NCBI RefSeq assembly: GCF_009914755.1
Contig: NC_060930.1
From: the human T2T-CHM13v2.0 reference genome, Homo sapiens
Strand: one strand, 5' to 3'
Length of the DNA: 64,000 bases
The notes under the pieces were generated by a model. That model was not told where the DNA came from. It made no database searches and saw only the letters and a program-made list of their open reading frames with translations. Position 1 is the first letter of the stretch, and every line of letters begins with the position of its first letter. This document shows positions 13,773 to 26,463 of this stretch, one piece after another. The position numbers and the translations under genes were made by a program.

Positions 13773-14939
13773 TAATTAAATTACTAAGAACTATAAGAAT
13801 GAAGTAACTTGCCCAAGACACCATAGTTAATAAGCAGTAAAGCAGGGATTTTAATTCAGCCAACTCTGTCTGACTATAGTACTTACACTCCAATGAATAC
13901 TTCATTTATGTTGAGGCATGTTCAGAATTATTGTGATTTTTTTCATTGACTTGAGTTAGTTAGCTATGGCAGAGAGCATTACAGTGACATTTTAATATGT
14001 TCTTGAATAGTTCCCCAAACTATACTCAAATAGTAAGATTGTTAATATTTATGATAGAACAGTTGTGGTACCTCATTAGCAGTTTAAAGATTCTGTTACT
14101 TCATGTTAATTATGCCTTGTATGCCTTTTTAAAATAAAAAGTACAATTACAGGCATTCTTCCTTTTGTCTACTCCTAAACTTAAACATTTAAACCTGTTT
14201 ATTATTTCACACTTCTTACACCATCCTTCTCCTTTCTATCTCAGGCCATTCCATCTCATAAAAGTTATTATTCCACAAGGTTTCATAGATAGTAATGTCC
14301 TGAGATCATCATGACAAAATAAAATGTCTATTCAGTATTAAATCACATCTTAAAACTGTGCAATTATAAAGACACTTGAAGCCTTTTTTTTAACCTCTGG
14401 AGAAGCAACATGTGGAATGCTCTGCTTCAGTACATGCAGTAAATATTAATGGGATGCCAACTGTGTGTATCCAAGTCTGAGCAGAATAAGTCTTCTCACT
14501 TCACACCTTCTATAAAACTCAGATTCCTTTGGCAAGTACTATACACCGTAGTAACACAACATTGACCTCTGTGCAAGAGGTTCACATTATAAGGATATCA
14601 TGGGAAGCATAAAACATTCAGTATCAGATTCTCTGAGCTATTAAAACTACTTAAATATGGCATCGGTTCTTAAAGTTACCTAATTTAAAAGTAGCTGAAC
14701 CTTTGGAAATTATTGAGTCCATTAAAAACTACATTAAGTTACAGCACTATGCTCAAGGACCGCTGTGGTTCAGGTTATGTCACGGCTTCATTACAATTGC
14801 CTTCCTTATGAATTTCAGAAGAATTCACTAGAAGTTGAAAATTATCATAAATCTCAGTTGCTAGAATCTATTTGCTTTACATCTAACTTGCTCCCCACTG
14901 GGCCCTCTATTTAAGTAAACTTAAAAAAAAAATCTATTC

Positions 14940-15220
14940 AAGAGCAGAGTAGACTACCTGGACTCAAATGCCAATTCTGCCATATAGTAGCTGCAGAGCT
15001 TGAGTCATTTATTTAGGTTCATAAACCCTCACCTTCCTCAACTCCTAAATGGCAGTAAAAATGATAACATCAATGAAAAATAAAATAATAGCAGCTGTAC
15101 CTACTTATTTTCCCTCTGTAAAATGGGAAATGACAGGAGAGCTACCAGAATTAAATGAGTTAATATGAGTAGAGCTCTTTGGACATTGTCAGGCACATAA
15201 TAAAATTTATTGCAAGTGTT
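14940..15220 (+). mobile_element. MIR SINE
   Basis: 'gagtagactacctggactcaaatgcc', 'ctctgtaaaatggg', 'gaattaaatgagttaat'. Confidence 0.7.
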
Positions 15221-15377
15221 TCTTAAATAAATTATTTAAAAAAAGTATCATACTCCATATTTTCAATATCAAACTAGTAGAGCATTTATGAGTATCATTC
15301 TCAAAGTGATGCTGACTTCACAAACCATGTATGGCACAAAGGGATTCTATTCCTGTTGTACAAGGTTATTAAAAAAC

Positions 15378-15508
15378 AGATATATACATAAACAGAAACA
15401 TAAATATATACTATTTACATATGTACAATGTATATATACATACACATTGTGTATATATATACATACATATACATAAATATATGTATATGTAAATAAATAT
15501 AAATAAAA
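15378..15508. repeat. (TA/CA)-rich low-complexity tract
   Basis: Direct inspection. Confidence 0.85.
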
Positions 15509-17661
15509 TTTACCTCCCCCATGCAGAGTCAAGTTAGGCAAAGTGGTCTAAAGTCAAATAAACTCTTCAACCATTTCTTAATATGGACATAGCTTTCCTT
15601 CATAAAACTTCAAGAAGAAGAAAAATAATCTACTGGACCAATGCCAATTAATAGTAAGACACCATAATGGAACTTCCATATGAGATTTAGAGAGGTTCAT
15701 TTATCCTATCTACATTATATGAATTTCCATATGTAATCTCTTACTCTACTTTTGATAAGGGTTAGCTACTATGAAATGTTTTTTACTTAGATTGGTGACT
15801 TTTAAATGAAGTTACTAATATCTTGCTTTAATTGCACTTCTGCTTAAAGGTTAAGATAACATTAAAACTCAGAAACAAACATTGATTCCAGAGGCAGCAA
15901 AATTTGTCAACAATTAAATTAGATACCAGAAAATATATACAAAAGGTTACATTTTTGCTAACTTGAAACAATTAATGTTGAATTCACAGAAAGCCTAAAA
16001 TACAGGATTTTTCTGAATGGTAACAGTTTAATTTATAATGAAAAGTTTAACTAGGTATTTTTGTTTTGAGCTCCCCTCACCAAAAAATGGAAAGGATTTA
16101 AATGATTTGAAATCTATGGCTTAAACAATTTCCTTAACTTGACTTGTTCTCTCTTTTAAGCTATTCACCTGTACTTAAAATAAACTATTATTCCATTACC
16201 AAATAATAAGTCTTCACTTAATTGCAATCATCTCAGAATATGAAAATATTGGGATAAAGTATTTAGAAATCCAAAAAATTCATCCATATAAAAACCAATG
16301 AAATATAGAAATATTCACATAATTTCAATGTTCAAACACAACTCTAGTGTTACTGCTCATACTCTATTCCCAAATTGGAATCATTTTTAGTAAGCATTCT
16401 CTCCTCCACTAGCCCCTTTTACTAGGAAGTTACCTTGAGAATTATTTTATTCATGAAATGAGGGTGCCTACAATAAATAGACCATCCTGCTAGACATGTC
16501 AAGAGCATCAAATAAAATTCACTTCAACTAAAATTTCCATAAGACATTTCCCCTTTTCTAAAAAATCCTAAATAACTACTTTTGTTAACTTGTTCATTTA
16601 TATATAATTGCTTTTTTAAAAAACGTTACTGTTTCTGAGATTGTAAAAATAAAGAGACGGTAAGATTTAGGAGCAAAATATTTCTTGTGTTCTATGAATG
16701 CGAATTCACTTTTTCAGTGCAACAAGAATATTTGCATTTACTCATAAATGAATACTAATGACAAATTCAGAGCTGGCATTACTCCATAGAAATCACACAC
16801 AGAAAGCCAGAGCTAGAAATCATACAGTGCACAGATAGTTATATTACTCTAAAGTATTCAGACAAAGAGCAAGGAGATTAGAGTCAACATCAATTCTCTG
16901 AAGTTGAGTCACATCTTAACGACATGGTGGGATAAGGATAATTGTAGAATTTAGGAGGGAAACAAAGTTGGCTGGTTAATATCTTATGTGATTTCTGAGT
17001 CAACAGCTCTTTGTTGACCACCTACTCTGGGCAAGATGCTGCTTCCCTAAGTAAGCCACTGCTCTACAGTTCTATTTACACTGTGTAGGAGTAAGCTTCC
17101 TGCTTCTACCAGAAATCCTCCCTTTTTGTTTAAAATAACAACCCAGCTCAACTTTGCATATTGTGTGTGTTCATGTGCTCAATAAATACTTTTTGAATGA
17201 GTGAAAATTCAGTGAGTAAGAAGGTTATTCATTCAAAAACATCTGTGTATGCCGGCAAAAATGGTGAGGACAATGATAAAAGCATAATGAAAACACTGGG
17301 CAACACCTCCTCACAAAGATGTCAAAGGGAGCAACTTCAAATGTTAAAATTTAAGCATGAGCTCTGGCTCAACCTAGAAACCAGGATCCCAGTACTTGCT
17401 GTAATACTCCATTGAATATTGTGCTCATAATTTCCCATGTAATTTGCTTACATACCTATTTGAAAATATTTTTCTCAAGTAATGATGTTTCTATATGTTT
17501 TATTAATTGAAAAAAGAGTGTTTCTAAAAGGCCAGAGTAGCTTGGGAGAGGCCAAAGCAGTTTTCTTTTTCACTGTTAAAACACTGGAGGCGGTTAAATT
17601 TAAGCAACAGTTTCCTTCCCATTGCTATGTGTCTTGTAATATCTTCTTGTGTCTCCATCAG

Positions 17662-17880
17662 TTCACTGGTGAATAACTTCATATTCCTGAAGTTAAGAAG
17701 CCTGCCCTGATGCTCATGCAGTTACTTTGAGCAATGACCAAACAGAGAGAGGAAGGTAAGTAGTATTGTTTTCATTTCTTTAAAAACTTCACTAGGAGGA
17801 AACCCCAAGGTAACAATGACAACAACAAAAATCTATTGCAACATAATTGATAGCAATAAAACCTTTTTTAAAAAATAATC
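17662..17880 (+). ncRNA. Candidate exon of an antisense lncRNA (probably HDAC2-AS2): 94-nt internal exon 17662-17755, or terminal exon ending after AATAAA 17855-17860
   Basis: Acceptor tcttcttgtgtctccatcAG| at 17661, perfect donor AAG|GTAAGT at 17755/17756, AATAAA 100 nt further on; gene name from recall only. Confidence 0.5.
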
Positions 17881-18276
17881 ATTTTTGATATTCATATTTG
17901 TAATCCCCTTTTATTATCTTCAACTTTTTCTTGAAAAGACCTTAATATATTTGAAATAAATTATAATGTGTAATTTGTCTAAAGCTCTGAAATATGTAGA
18001 AACTACTAAGTAAAACCTTTGAGAAGCACCAGCTGTTTATTACTTCTAGCAAATCAGTTTAGAAAGGAGCATTAGCACAGAAAGAAGGCCCACCCACCCA
18101 CTTTCGCCCCCACCCAACCCGACCCTGCATGCTATTTATCAGACCAAGTTTACATAAATCAGAGAAGAGTTACAGTGCTATTAAATGTATCCACGAAGTA
18201 ATATGACATAAAGCACTTTGCAAATATTAAATCTCTCCCCAGTGTTTTCTAAGAAGAAACTGGTATTCGTATTCGG

Positions 18277-18354
18277 AGACAGAGAGGAGAGGGGGAGAGA
18301 GGGGAGGGAGGGAGGGAGAGGGAGAGGGAGAGGGAGAGGGAATAGGGAGAGAGG

Positions 18355-18409
<55 letters not shown>
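18277..18409 (+). repeat. Polypurine (GGA/GA)n tract ending in ~25 perfect GA units
   Basis: Direct inspection. Confidence 0.97.
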
Positions 18410-18412
<3 letters not shown>

Positions 18413-18737
18413 GTCCCACCGGGTGAAGACAGGGTAGACCACGAATGTGAGCATCAGCTCCCTTGGGTGGGTGCCCTGAAGCACTGAAGTAGGGAAGCGG
18501 AAGAGTAGAGGAAACCCACCAAGGTGAAGTGACTCCGGAGTTGTTTGTTTGCTGGGCGCTTGGAACCTCCAGGTAAAGACATCCACCTTAAGCTGGACGC
18601 TCCTTGCAGGTTGCCCTAAACCAAGGTGGTCGCCCAAGTAACAGGAGCAGGAGTCTCAGCGCTCCAGTGAGTAGCGACAGCGACCTCTCAGACTTGTTTG
18701 TAGTAACAGTATGACCACCCTTCGACTGCATCCATCC

Positions 18738-18762
18738 CGCGCGCGCGCGCGCGCGTGTGTGT
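18738..18762. repeat. (CG)9(TG)3 alternating purine-pyrimidine run
   Basis: cgcgcgcgcgcgcgcgcgtgtgtgt. Confidence 0.95.
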
Positions 18763-19344
18763 TGGGTGGGAAGAGATGCATAAAGTGGGGCTGTGAGGGG
18801 TGTGGGGGGGGCCAGCTGGGAAGAGAAAACCCCACCCACATGTTAACTTAGCCTTTGCCTGTTCTTTGCCTGCCCTCTGCCTGTCCTCTGCTGGGGCCTC
18901 GCAGGCCCCCACTGTCCCAAAGCTGCCCTCGCGCTCCAAACAGCTCCACAGCCACCCCAGAAGTGACCGAACGCGAACCCCTAAACTCTGGCGAGCGCAG
19001 TAAACGCGTGTTCCCTTTCTCCCTCAAAGAGAGCGCTACCCAGCGCTCTGGGAGAGACTGAGAGAGAAACAGACAGGCAGGCTGACTGACACCTTCTGTC
19101 TAATTTTACCCCAGGAATTGCCCCCGCCGTTTCTCATCTCGCACTAGTTTAACCTCTGGTCCTAAGCAAACCTCTCAAAAGTCTTCCCCAGGCAGCGCCC
19201 AGGAGAACCGAACCCCACAAAGTGCTTTTTTGCTGGCATCACCCGGATGCTTCCCTTTGGCGATTTGCCCCTTCTCATTTCCCCCCAAATCTAGAGGTCT
19301 CAAAGCCCCTCCCCCGCGCGAGGCGGGCAGCGCGCCTTGCTCAC

Positions 19345-20175
19345 CGTGGTCCCCGGCGGTGGCGGCGCGGGCGGGAGCCTCAGGGCGCGGGGGTCGGCGG
19401 CGGGTCGCGTGGGGGTCACCCGGCCGCTGCTGCGGTCCGGACGGCAGTTGGTCCAGTAGTTTCGGATGCCCGGGCTAGGCTCGGCGGAGAGCGAGTCGGC
19501 GTGAATGAGAGCAAACCAACAGGGCTGTGCGTGGCGCGTGTGAGTAAGACGCGAGCGGGCCCCACACGCAGGCGGCGGCGGCGGCGGCGGCGGCGGCGAG
19601 GTCTGAGGCGGGGAGCCGGGCGGGGGGGCAGGCGGGCGAGAAGTAGTGGAGTTTAGGGCGCGTTTCCTGCACTTCCCCGAGAGGCTGGAACCAGGTGCGG
19701 CAGGGCGCGCTCCCGTGGCGCGGGCACGGCACGGGCGGCCGCAGGAGCCGGAGTCCGCGCAGTGCCGGAGACCGCAGCCGCTCTGCGGGGGGAGGTGCGC
19801 ATCCTCCTTGCCCCACGAGGGCACCGGCGCAGCCCCGGACCCTGCGCGCAGAGGGCGAGACTTCGGGCGTCCTCGGTGACAGCTCCTCGGGCAGCCCGCT
19901 CCCTCCCAATCCGCCCAAAAGAGCAACACTCAGTGTGACTGGGATCTTCCCTTCCTGCGTCCTCGAGCCTCCGGTGCCAAGCTGTGCGGGCGCCCCGCTC
20001 CCCGCGGCTGGCGCTGTCACGGCCGCCGCCCGGCCCCCAGAGCGCCCGAGCCGGCAGCTGCCTCCCGGAGACGTGCCCAGCTGTGTGCGCGTGTGTGTGT
20101 CTAAGCGAATCTCTTCCCCTCCATCACTTGGGCGCGCAGGAGGGACCGGGTCCCTGGCGACCAGCTGCAGAGTGG
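19345..20175 (-). other. HS3ST5: Non-coding first exon (5' UTR) of a minus-strand gene, probably HS3ST5 (heparan sulfate 3-O-sulfotransferase 5); positions 1-19344 would be intron 1
   Basis: Minus-strand donor ACG|GTGAGC at the island edge (plus 'gctcaccgt', 19339-19347). TSS position is approximate. Identity is inferred from recalled adjacency of HS3ST5 to DNAJA1P4; no coding sequence is present to confirm it. Confidence 0.6.
19571..19597 (+). repeat. (GGC)9 / (CCG)9 trinucleotide repeat
   Basis: ggcggcggcggcggcggcggcggcggc, uninterrupted. Confidence 0.97.
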
Positions 20176-22820
20176 CTGCCAGTCCACACCCTCCCGGCTC
20201 TCTCCCCACCCACCCCGCCCCTACTCCTCCTCGCCTTCCCCTCCTCCCCGTGCTCCTCCTCCAGCTGCCGCTCCCGAGCTCCCAAAGGCAGCGGAGAAAC
20301 CGCAGCGAAAGGGAGGAGGAGGAGGGTGGGGAAGGAAGCGCAGGTGTCTTCGGCGGAGAGACGGGCGCACGCACCGGAGCGGCTTGCTGCAGGGGGAGGG
20401 CAGGGCCTTAGGCGGAGAAAGGGGAGGAGGAGGATTTACCCGGAGGCGGAGGTCCCGCAGCTGAGCCACTGCGCGTCCCACCCAGGCGCTGGAACCGCGG
20501 GCGAGCAGCGCAGTGGGGCTGCCGGGTGGGCGCGCAGGGCTCCCAGTTGGACTGAGGTCGCAGCTTGGGGAACCTGCGGAGGTGACCAGGGTGGCAGAAC
20601 TCGGGGACACAGAGGTCGGAGGGACCCAATTGCTGAGGCGCTGAGACCGGTCTCTCTGGGGTGAGGGGGATGCCTAGACCCAGAGCTTGGGGCACACAGG
20701 TGTCCAGGAAGCTGGTGTGTGTGGCTCCAGAGTGCCAGGCGGGAGAGCCGGAGGCGGTGAAGGGTCGGGCGGCGGCCGCGGCGTGCTTGGGGCTGCTGTG
20801 TGCATCCGGAGTCACAGGGGGCGATCACCGCCTAGCTGGGAAGCGGAGCTCAGGACTCAGCCTTCTTTCAGGTCCCAAGTCCAAAAGCCGAGAGGCACAC
20901 TAGCCTTCCCAATTTAGTCTGTGTTCCTCCAACCCTTTGCCCCCAGCAAAACAACAGGCCAGGAGCTGATTCTACCTGCTACTTACTGTGCTCTTTACCG
21001 GACTGAAAGGACTCTACTGCTCCAAGGAGACTGATGTGTTGCTTCCTCTCTCCCAACTCTAGTCCCCTCCCTCAACATACATTCCTACCCAACCAAAATT
21101 ATCCAGAACATTGTATTTCTCATTGATAAACTTTTTCCCTCTGGGGTTCCCTAAAAATGAAAATCTTTCCTCCCTTTTTATCTGTAGAGGCATTAAGTCT
21201 CTTGCTTACATTTCATAGTACAAATGCAGTACACAGAAAAGTCCTTTAGGCAAGAAATCACAGCATTATTGCTTATGACGGCTTGTCTGTTTTCAAATGA
21301 CAGTCGCAGAATGCAAATTTGTGTCAACCTGAGGTCAGTGGAGAGAGTTGGTCCATTTAATTAGAGGTATTTTGGAAGGAATCTGGGAAACAACACTAGA
21401 AAGAATTGCTGTACTTTCTCCAGTACCCATTCCTTTTTATTATGGTAATTTCACTCTGTTAATTTAGGCAATCTGAAAATGAAAGGTCGGATGCAATTTA
21501 CAAGGCACAATATTTCTAGATTCTCATTCAACAGCCCGCCCCACCTCCTTCCTCCCACCACTCTTACCATCACCTCAAAAGGTCATGAGCTAAGAACCGA
21601 AACTGCACTTTTTAAATCTCAGGATATAGCCTGAATGACAAAGCTGTTGAGTTTTAGAAAGAGACCAGTTAAGTCTAAACTTATTTACCAACTACTCAGA
21701 CAAAATCATATGCTCAGCAGCAACAATAAAATGTATACTGTGTAATATATTGAGCAGGAGGAAAGATGGCTGTTTGCCAGATATGTGATCCATTAACCTC
21801 TTTAGCTCATTGTTGGCAACAATAGCATACAATCACATTCCTATGTTTGAAAGACAAGAGATTTTTTTTTCCCATCTTAAAATCACAATGCCACATTATA
21901 GTCTAAAAGAAACCTCAAACAATAAAAGTAATAAGAAAGGAAGAAACATGGTTTGTTTTTTTTCTGAACAAATGTTGCTGTTCTGTTTTTTTTTCTTGAG
22001 GGGAAAAATGCTGATAAGCAATAAAGTCCACAAAAGCATGACAATAGATTTTGAAGAATGCATCACTCCATCTATTAGTCCTTTCAATTAGTAAACTTTA
22101 TTTAAAAGGTTTATTTATATTATCTTTTGATTGGTATTCAGTCTTTCTTTTGTGCCTGGAAGATGACTGAGAAGGAGGATGGGTGAGCTGAATCTGGTTT
22201 CTCATAATTCTGTCTTGCATCAGGTTTATGTCTGGCAGGAGAGGAATGCTCAGCAGCCTGTGCTTTCTCAGCAATCCTAACTTCTCCTCAGAGGATCCTT
22301 TGCTCTGTAGCTGATGGATTGTGAGATTGTCACAGTAATTTTGCCTACCTGCTACAGGGTCACACCTGGGGTTGGGAGCAGGTACGGTTCCAAAAACTGG
22401 GATGCAATGCTCTGGAAAGAGCTTTTACCTTGCCCAGGGTTGGAGGATTAGATGAAGGTGCATGAGCTTTTTTGTGTTGCTTTTCAACTTCTACAGATGA
22501 CCTGGATTTTCTGCTAGGTGAAGTGTGGAGGTGGGTGGGTGTGGTCTAACATTTTAAGAAACATTTTGGTATTGTGGTAAATTAAACAAATAAAACTAAA
22601 CACTAGACATAATGGTACACCCAAAAAATCTATTTGAAATACAGTTTTGAAAACAGTCACAGATTTATTGGTTTAGCTTAGTCATCTATGCCAAATAAAG
22701 TACACAGCAATGAAAACATTTGGTTAATTAGAGTGTTCATTTGGTAAAGAATATATTTTTTTTCCTGAACATCAGCATACTCTCTTGTCTCATAAAGATG
22801 TAACCATTAAATATTATTTG

Positions 22821-23120
22821 GGCCAGTGATGCTAGCTTATGTCTATAATCCCAGCAATTTGGGAGGAGAAGGTGGAAGGATCACTTGAGGCCAAGAGTTT
22901 GAGATCAGCCTGGGCAACATAACGAGACCCCTTCTCCACAAAAAATTAGAAAAAAAAAAAAAATTAGCTGGGCAGGGTAGTGTATGCCTGTAGTCTCACC
23001 CACTCTGGAGGCTGAGCCAGGAGGATCCCTTGAGCCCAGGAGTTTGAGGTTACAGTCATCCATGATCACACCACTGCACTGCAGCCTGAGCAGCAGAGCA
23101 AGGCTCTGTCTCCAAAATAT
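22821..23120 (+). mobile_element. AluJ SINE
   Basis: 'ggatcacttgaggccaagagtttgag', 'gaggatcccttgagcccagg'; TSD aaatattattt. Confidence 0.92.
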
Positions 23121-23306
23121 AAGAAATATTATTTACTTTACAGCTTCAAATGGAGACTGCCCTCTCAGTAAAATATAGAAATGTTTGTCATTATGAAGAA
23201 ATTGAGGGCAGCTGACTTACTTTCCAAAATCTATCTTTTTTTCTTTTAACCAGCCAATTGCTGACTTTCAATTGGTTTAGTAAATATTCATTGAAAGGGC
23301 CCTTCA

Positions 23307-23610
23307 GTCCAGGCACAGTGGCTCACACTTGTAATCCCAGCACTTTCGGAGGCTGAGGCAGAAGGACTGCTTGAGTCCACGAGTTTGAGGCCAGCCTGGG
23401 CAGCATGGAGAGATCCCATCTCTTCAAAAAAATTAAAAAATATATATGGGCTTGGTGTCACATGCCTGTAGTCCCAGCTACTCAGGAGGCTGAGGTGGGA
23501 GGGTTGCTTGAGCCCAGGAGGTCAAGGCTGCAGTGTGCTATGATTGTACCACACTCCAGCCTGGGCAACAGAACAGGATGCCATCTCAAAAAATTTAAAA
23601 AAGGAAAGAA
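23307..23610 (+). mobile_element. AluJ SINE
   Basis: 'gggttgcttgagcccaggaggtcaaggctgcagtg'; TSD aaaggg(c/t)ccttc. Confidence 0.92.
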
Positions 23611-23967
23611 AAGGGTCCTTCTATGTGCTACCACTGGAAACCAGAAGATGAATAGAAGAAGTCTCTGCTCTCATTGAGCGAGGTCAGTAATCGCTAGGGC
23701 TATCAAGTTGAACAAGGTTCATTTTATTATAAGGAAATATGCCCCTGTACCCACATCTCCATGCTCCATCACTGTATTTGGGTATCTCTTGTATGAAAAT
23801 TGTGGTTTCTGTATTGTGCAATGCTGTGTTTAGTCATGAGAGACCTAAAAGTGTAAGGCCACGACTGATTGTAAGGGAAGCATTTCTCATGGAAGGAGTG
23901 GGTCCACAGACCAAATATCAAAAACTCCGAGGGTGGTAAAGAGGATTTGACCTCTCTCTAGGTCTAG

Positions 23968-24179
23968 ACAAGTGCTGGCCAATAGAAATGCAATGTAAGA
24001 CACAAATGTAAGCCACATATATAATCTAAAATGTTCTAGGAGCTTATTCAAAAACTTAAGAAACAGATGAAATTAATTTTAATGATATATTTCATTCAAC
24101 TTAATATATCAAAAATATTATTTCAACATGTAATCAATATAGTTATCATTAATGAAATACTTTACTTTTTTTTTCATAC
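23968..24179 (+). mobile_element. MER33-like hAT-Charlie element, left part (right part 28383-28508)
   Basis: 'gtgctggccaatagaaat...gccacatatataat'; continues after the LTR and ends 'gtggctagtggctacagtattggacagtgca'. Confidence 0.75.
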
Positions 24180-24353
24180 TGTGGTAGAAAGAATGACTTC
24201 CTAAAGATGTTTGCACCCGAGTCTCTGGAACCTGTACATGTGTTACCTTACCTGGCAAAGGGATTTTGCAGATGTAATTAAGGTTAAAGACCTTAAAATA
24301 GGGGGATTATCCTGGATTGTCTGCATGGGTTCAATCTAATCACACGAGTTCTT
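24180..24353 (+). mobile_element. MLT1 (ERVL-MaLR, MLT1E-like) solo LTR, 5' part
   Basis: Starts TGTGG; 'ggaacctgt...gttaccttacctggcaaagggattttgcagatgtaattaagg...attatcctggatt'. Confidence 0.85.
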
Positions 24354-25098
24354 TTTTTAAACAGCCAAATAATATTTTTGTATTACTAATTTTAACTATT
24401 TAAAATGAAAAGTTACATATTTTAATTAGTGAAAAGCCAATTCTTTGACCTAGGGAGAAAATGCCTGTAGTGACAAATGTTGAAAATGCTTTGTAATCAG
24501 TATACTAAGGAGACATTCATATATTTCAAGAATTGCTTAAATGCTGATATTTAAATGTAAGCATGTGACCATATGCTGACTTTAAAATATACAATTAAAG
24601 GTATTTATCACAGTTTGCTATACTCCCAGCATTAAGTACAGATACTTTGGAGCATAAATCAAATGGTTTAAAGTGAACCTGTAACATACCTAAGGAATAC
24701 CTTCCCATATTGTACATGCAGATTACTTCTCCTCCATGTAAAGATCTCATCACTTTAAGTTCTAAGTTAAGTTTAACCCAGCTCTGTAAGTCACTACTTA
24801 GGGGCTCAGGATGGCCTAAAAAGAAGGAAAAAAGAATGTAACGAGGACTGATCGACAAGTTTTCTATATATATGTAACTATATATGATCTACATATGTTA
24901 TATATGTACTATATTGTATAACATTAGTTATATGATATATAAACTATAAATATGATCATTTATGTTACTGATGCCATAGCTAAATTATGTATTATGCATC
25001 TTCAAATAAAAGTCGAAGCAATAGGGTAAATGCAGAAGCATCACAATGAGTTCCACTTAATACACATAACTATACAGACCAAGATTTCTGTTGGTACT

Positions 25099-25317
25099 TG
25101 AAATGGATCAAGTACATCTAGTGGACATTGACAGGTATCAGCAAAGATGGGCCATTACAATGGAGAAGCTTAGGAGGATGATGAACATCATGCCAGAGGT
25201 GGTGTTTAGCGTCAAACCTCTTAATAGTGCCAGTGAATAACACTCACTGCTGGTATTATATATGCAGTAGTGAATAAGTGAAGAACTATAACCATAATAT
25301 GCTCACTTCTTGCTATT
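25099..25317 (+). repeat. 219-bp inverted duplicate of 26540-26758 (DNAJA1 C-terminal codons, stop and proximal 3' UTR)
   Basis: Manual alignment to reverse complement of 26540-26758: 12 mismatches, no indels. Confidence 0.95.
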
Positions 25318-25347
25318 TCATTTTATCTTCTGATTACCAGTTAAATA

Positions 25348-25937
<590 letters not shown>

Positions 25938-26106
25938 CAGAGTTTTAATTTCAAAGTTTAACAATGAATGGCCATAAGTGGAGGTCGATACATATGCTTA
26001 GCATTTCAAGCTAAGCTTGCTCATAGACACATCTGAAATTAATTACAAGACATGACCTAACAAATGCTAGCGGAACTTTTCTTAAAAGTAATTTTTACAG
26101 ATATTA

Positions 26107-26463
<357 letters not shown>

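Larger units (their letters stand above)
18700..20900. promoter_or_regulatory. CpG island / promoter
   Basis: Abrupt switch to very high GC and CpG density, GC boxes (gggcgg/ccgccc), NotI site gcggccgc, no interspersed repeats. Confidence 0.95.

Noticed and set aside
18218-18637. ER/SL-repeat ORFs
   Set aside because: Artefacts of the (GA)n tract.
19222-20917. Many long overlapping ORFs (up to 299 aa) in the CpG island
   Set aside because: Expected from stop-codon scarcity in GC-rich DNA; mostly non-ATG starts, low-complexity Pro/Arg/Gly/Ala, no recognisable domain.
25099-25317. Second independent DNAJA1 retrocopy, or a twin-priming inversion
   Set aside because: No poly(A) or TSD. The segment is duplicated rather than merely inverted, and it shares post-insertion mutations with the local copy.
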